In this document: positions 61,365-64,000 of the stretch, piece after piece
Layout: each line of letters begins with the position of its first letter
Position numbering within the stretch: position 1 is the first letter of the stretch
Assembly: GCA_964361495.1 (NCBI GenBank)
Contig: CAYIAH010000001.1
Span: 1,057-65,056, forward strand
DNA: 64,000 nucleotides
Source of the DNA: an uncultured Candidatus Saccharibacteria bacterium
GTDB lineage: Bacteria > Patescibacteriota > Minisyncoccia > Sungbacterales > HO2-52-23
Direction: 5' to 3'
The notes under the pieces: generated by a model
What the model saw: the letters and a program-made list of their open reading frames with translations, nothing else
The model's database searches: none
Told to the model about the DNA's origin: nothing
Made by a program: the position numbers and the translations under genes

Positions 61365-62257
61365 CGCGCGATACCATCACAATATTCCTTGAGCGCGGCG
61401 AACGTTCGATCATTCATAAATTCTTCGGGCGGATAATAGTGATATTTCTCTTTTTCTCGCATCACATCTTTGATTCGCGCGAGAGCGTCCGCAAAAATGG
61501 CGGCAATTCCGGACCGCTGTACGCGCACTGATTCCGCAAAACGCTTGAACGCATCAAGCTGCATCCTGATTTCTTCAAGTATCATAAACTGAACCCGATG
61601 CGCCCCGAGCTCCTTATGTTTTTTCTCAATCCACAATTCCGCCAATTCCTCAACGGTTTTTCCGTTCATGCCCACGATCACGTGGGGGATTTTTTCAAGT
61701 CCCATCGGCTTCTGTTCAACGCCGGAGATAAAATATTTTACCCGCCCGAGCTCCCCTCTTTCAATTGCTTTTAGGATACTCTCTAATTTAGCGCCGATCG
61801 CGAACGTAGCCATCGTGACGTCAATCGCAAACGCAAGATGCGACGCGGACTTTTCCGGAGAACGAAACTCAACGACCGTATCAATATGGTTTTTAAAGTC
61901 GTCATAGTCCGACGTCTTCGTCGTAAATGCCTCCGGTCCGAGCCATTCGGCGAGCTCGCTCTCTTCATGAATAATCGCTTCAAGAATTTTCCCCGTTTTT
62001 TGCGCCTGATCCTTTTCCGGTTCTCGCGCGGACTGACGGGCAAATTCCGCTTTTAATTTTTCGGCTTCCCGAAGATCCTTTTCTATTTCTTCCCGCCGAT
62101 ATTCTTTTTGTGTGCCCCCGTATAAGGCGACGAACGTATCGAGATGCTCGCGCGGATCTATAGCTTCCGCGCCAAGTTTTTTCTCCGCCTTCTTGTAGGC
62201 ATTTTCAAAAGCGAACCGTTCAAAATGCGGCCCGCGTATTTTTTCAGTCATATACAT
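61361..62257 (-). CDS. Hypothetical protein
   Basis: 298-aa ORF coupled to the next gene by ATGA overlap. Confidence 0.75.
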   Translation of the reverse strand: MYMTEKIRGPHFERFAFENAYKKAEKKLGAEAIDPREHLDTFVALYGGTQKEYRREEIEKDLREAEKLKAEFARQSAREPEKDQAQKTGKILEAIIHEESELAEWLGPEAFTTKTSDYDDFKNHIDTVVEFRSPEKSASHLAFAIDVTMATFAIGAKLESILKAIERGELGRVKYFISGVEQKPMGLEKIPHVIVGMNGKTVEELAELWIEKKHKELGAHRVQFMILEEIRMQLDAFKRFAESVRVQRSGIAAIFADALARIKDVMREKEKYHYYPPEEFMNDRTFAALKEYCDGIAR

Positions 62258-62292
62258 TCACCTATAGCACATCCCCCCGCATAAAGGATGAC

Positions 62293-62838
62293 CTATTGCG
62301 TCTGTATTGAGGGCGCCGTATTGAATTTCACCACGATAATCTGTCCCGCGGCATTCTTCATCGGCACATCTTTCGCATGATCAAATTTTCCGTCGCCGTC
62401 ATCCCGGTGAAGCATTGCATAATACACTTTTCCGGGTGCGGTTGCGCGCAGGAGTTCGACATTGGCGGAGCTCTTCCCCGCGGCGAAAAGCCGCGCTCCC
62501 AAAATGTTGCCCGGCGCGCCCGCCCGATCCTCATGGACGGCAACCCAGCTCTTCACTTCAAGAACGACTTCCGCAATCGCGACCGAATTGCCCGCATTCT
62601 GGTCATTTACGGCAAGCATATTCTCGTTCGCCGCCATTGATTTTTCTCCTTCGGATTCAAATGGAAACAAAAGCTCTCCTCCTTCTTCCGTAGTAAAAAG
62701 CTCTTCCCCCATCTCGGACTCCGATGCAACAGGAACTGACTTGCGACCGGTGATATACCAGCCGAGCAAAAATCCGATGCCGAGAGACAAAATCATGGTC
62801 ACCACCATAGGCGCCATACTTCGACGATTTTCTTCCAT
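62293..62838 (-). CDS. Membrane-anchored hypothetical protein
   Basis: N-terminal TM, acidic linker, WVAVH...PGNILG...AMLHRDDGDG.FD domain. Confidence 0.75.
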   Translation of the reverse strand: MEENRRSMAPMVVTMILSLGIGFLLGWYITGRKSVPVASESEMGEELFTTEEGGELLFPFESEGEKSMAANENMLAVNDQNAGNSVAIAEVVLEVKSWVAVHEDRAGAPGNILGARLFAAGKSSANVELLRATAPGKVYYAMLHRDDGDGKFDHAKDVPMKNAAGQIIVVKFNTAPSIQTQ

Positions 62839-62852
62839 GGAAATTTTTAACT

Positions 62853-63075
62853 TAGACCTGCTGCTTAATAACCTTTCTGGTGCGCGTTCAGAATTTTTGC
62901 TGCATCCCGCGTATCCTGTTCGCCGCTCGTCACCGTACTTTCAGCCATATACGTCATCAATTCTAGACTAAGTCTGGAATTTCCAGACTTAGTCTAGAAA
63001 TTCCTTTTTCTCACGTCTCACGGGTCCCCTCAAAATTTTGAACGCTCGCTACAAACATTATTACCAATAGGTCTA
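62853..63075. mobile_element. 223-bp MITE-like long hairpin with nested REP-like palindrome
   Basis: Ends TAGACCT/AGGTCTA, TAATAA/TTATTA, 14-bp stem GCGTTCAGAATTTT/AAAATTTTGAACGC. Confidence 0.6.
62961..62999. repeat. 39-bp palindrome made of two AGACTWAGTCT units
   Basis: TTCTAGACTAAGTCTGGAA-T-TTCCAGACTTAGTCTAGAA. Confidence 0.9.
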
Positions 63076-63154
63076 TTCCTAAAGAAACAGATCCTCGACC
63101 GTTTTCCCATATCGTAGCGACGGAGATGAAATCCGTCAATAATGGCAAAAACGA

Positions 63155-63763
63155 CTATCGTTTTTGCCATTGCGGGGCGCGACGCGCTTTTTTCAATCCG
63201 AATTTTTTGCGCTCCTTCATGCGCGGGTCGCGCGTGAGGAAACCGGCGCGCCGCAGGCGCTTTCGGAAATCAGGATTGAATTTTGTGAGACAGCGCGTGA
63301 GTCCGTGCCGCACGGCTTCCGCATGCGCGTGAAGTCCGCCGCCCTTCACCTTTACCGAAACTCGAAAACGTCCGGAAAGCTTCATTTTTTTGAGCGCATC
63401 CTCGCTGATTTTTTGAAGTTCTGATGTCGGAAAATAAACCGTATAGGGTTTCTCGTTCACCGTAAAATCACCCGCCCGCGTGAAAAGACGGACCCGCGCG
63501 ACCGCGGTCTTCCGTCGCCCTACCGCTTCGAAATAGCGATCCGGTTTTTTTATCCTATCTTCACCTTCGAGAATCTCCGCCTCCGTCTCGACCTCTTCCC
63601 GTTCCTCTGCCGCGACTGTTGCCGGCGCCTCGACTAAATCCTTCTCCTTTTCCGGACCAGCTTTTTTAACACCCCGCCGCGCCGCGGGCTTCTTTGCGCG
63701 TTCCCGCGGAGCCGCGCGTTCACGCATTTCAGATGTTTCAGATGGCTTTGTTTTTCTAACCAT
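63155..63763 (-). CDS. rpsI: 30S ribosomal protein S9 with long charged N-terminal extension
   Basis: GRRKTAVARV, GGG, LTRDPRMKERKKFGLKKARRAPQWQKR. Confidence 0.97.
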   Translation of the reverse strand: MVRKTKPSETSEMRERAAPRERAKKPAARRGVKKAGPEKEKDLVEAPATVAAEEREEVETEAEILEGEDRIKKPDRYFEAVGRRKTAVARVRLFTRAGDFTVNEKPYTVYFPTSELQKISEDALKKMKLSGRFRVSVKVKGGGLHAHAEAVRHGLTRCLTKFNPDFRKRLRRAGFLTRDPRMKERKKFGLKKARRAPQWQKR

Positions 63764-64000
63764 GAAAATTTTCCACAGATGTGCCACGCCGAAGAATGAG
63801 ATGGCGCATAAAGCGATCCCGTAATTTATTCTTGGGCAGCATCCCCCGCACGGCGCGCCGTACCGCGACACGCGAATCGCGCTTCATGACGTGCTCGAGC
63901 GTCTCTTCTTTCATGCCCCCCGGATATCCCGAATGTCTACGGTAAAGCTTCTGCCCTCTTTTCTTTCCCGTTGTTCTTACGTAATCCGTATTATAGACAG
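63756..64000 (-). CDS. rplM: 50S ribosomal protein L13, 5' end outside window
   Basis: Manual translation: YRRHSGYPGGMKE...AVRGMLPKNKLRDR; stop overlaps the rpsI start. Confidence 0.95.
   Translation of the reverse strand, partial: VYNTDYVRTTGKKRGQKLYRRHSGYPGGMKEETLEHVMKRDSRVAVRRAVRGMLPKNKLRDRFMRHLILRRGTSVENFHG

Noticed and set aside
63770-63778. TTTTCCACA DnaA-box-like 9-mer
   Set aside because: Mismatched to consensus and inside the rplM coding sequence.

Overview
Gene-dense bacterial chromosome segment (genetic code 11). Its content (GAD-less AspRS, split transketolase, PGI/PMI, Shine-Dalgarno-free core genes) suggests a Patescibacteria/CPR (Parcubacteria-like) genome; this is an inference. 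Core genes cover the cell wall (dac, mraY, murD, ftsW, murA, mreB, murG, M23), polysaccharide synthesis, uvrA/uvrC, holB, frr, rseP, a gap-tkt-gdh-pgi-trxB-atp block, pyrG, rpmA, gltX, a MutY-like glycosylase and rplM-rpsI. Highlights: (1) a ~6 kb island splits the ATP synthase operon between atpH and atpA and encodes a membrane-anchored PspA/ESCRT-III-like protein, a Vps4/p97-type AAA+ ATPase and a divergent solute-binding-vWA module; atpC is not in the operon. (2) A near-symmetric 28-bp dif-like site (25/34 identical to loxP) overlaps the promoter of a single Xer recombinase, where gene orientation flips, suggesting the replication terminus. (3) A ThiF/nitroreductase/7TM-kinase unit. (4) A PaaA-like di-iron protein with an FNR-type reductase. 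(5) A rod-shaped candidate ncRNA after aspS, plus several MITE/REP-like families. (6) Several core genes look leaderless while accessory genes carry strong SD sites. No rRNA, tRNA or CRISPR array was seen. All calls are by eye; no searches were run.
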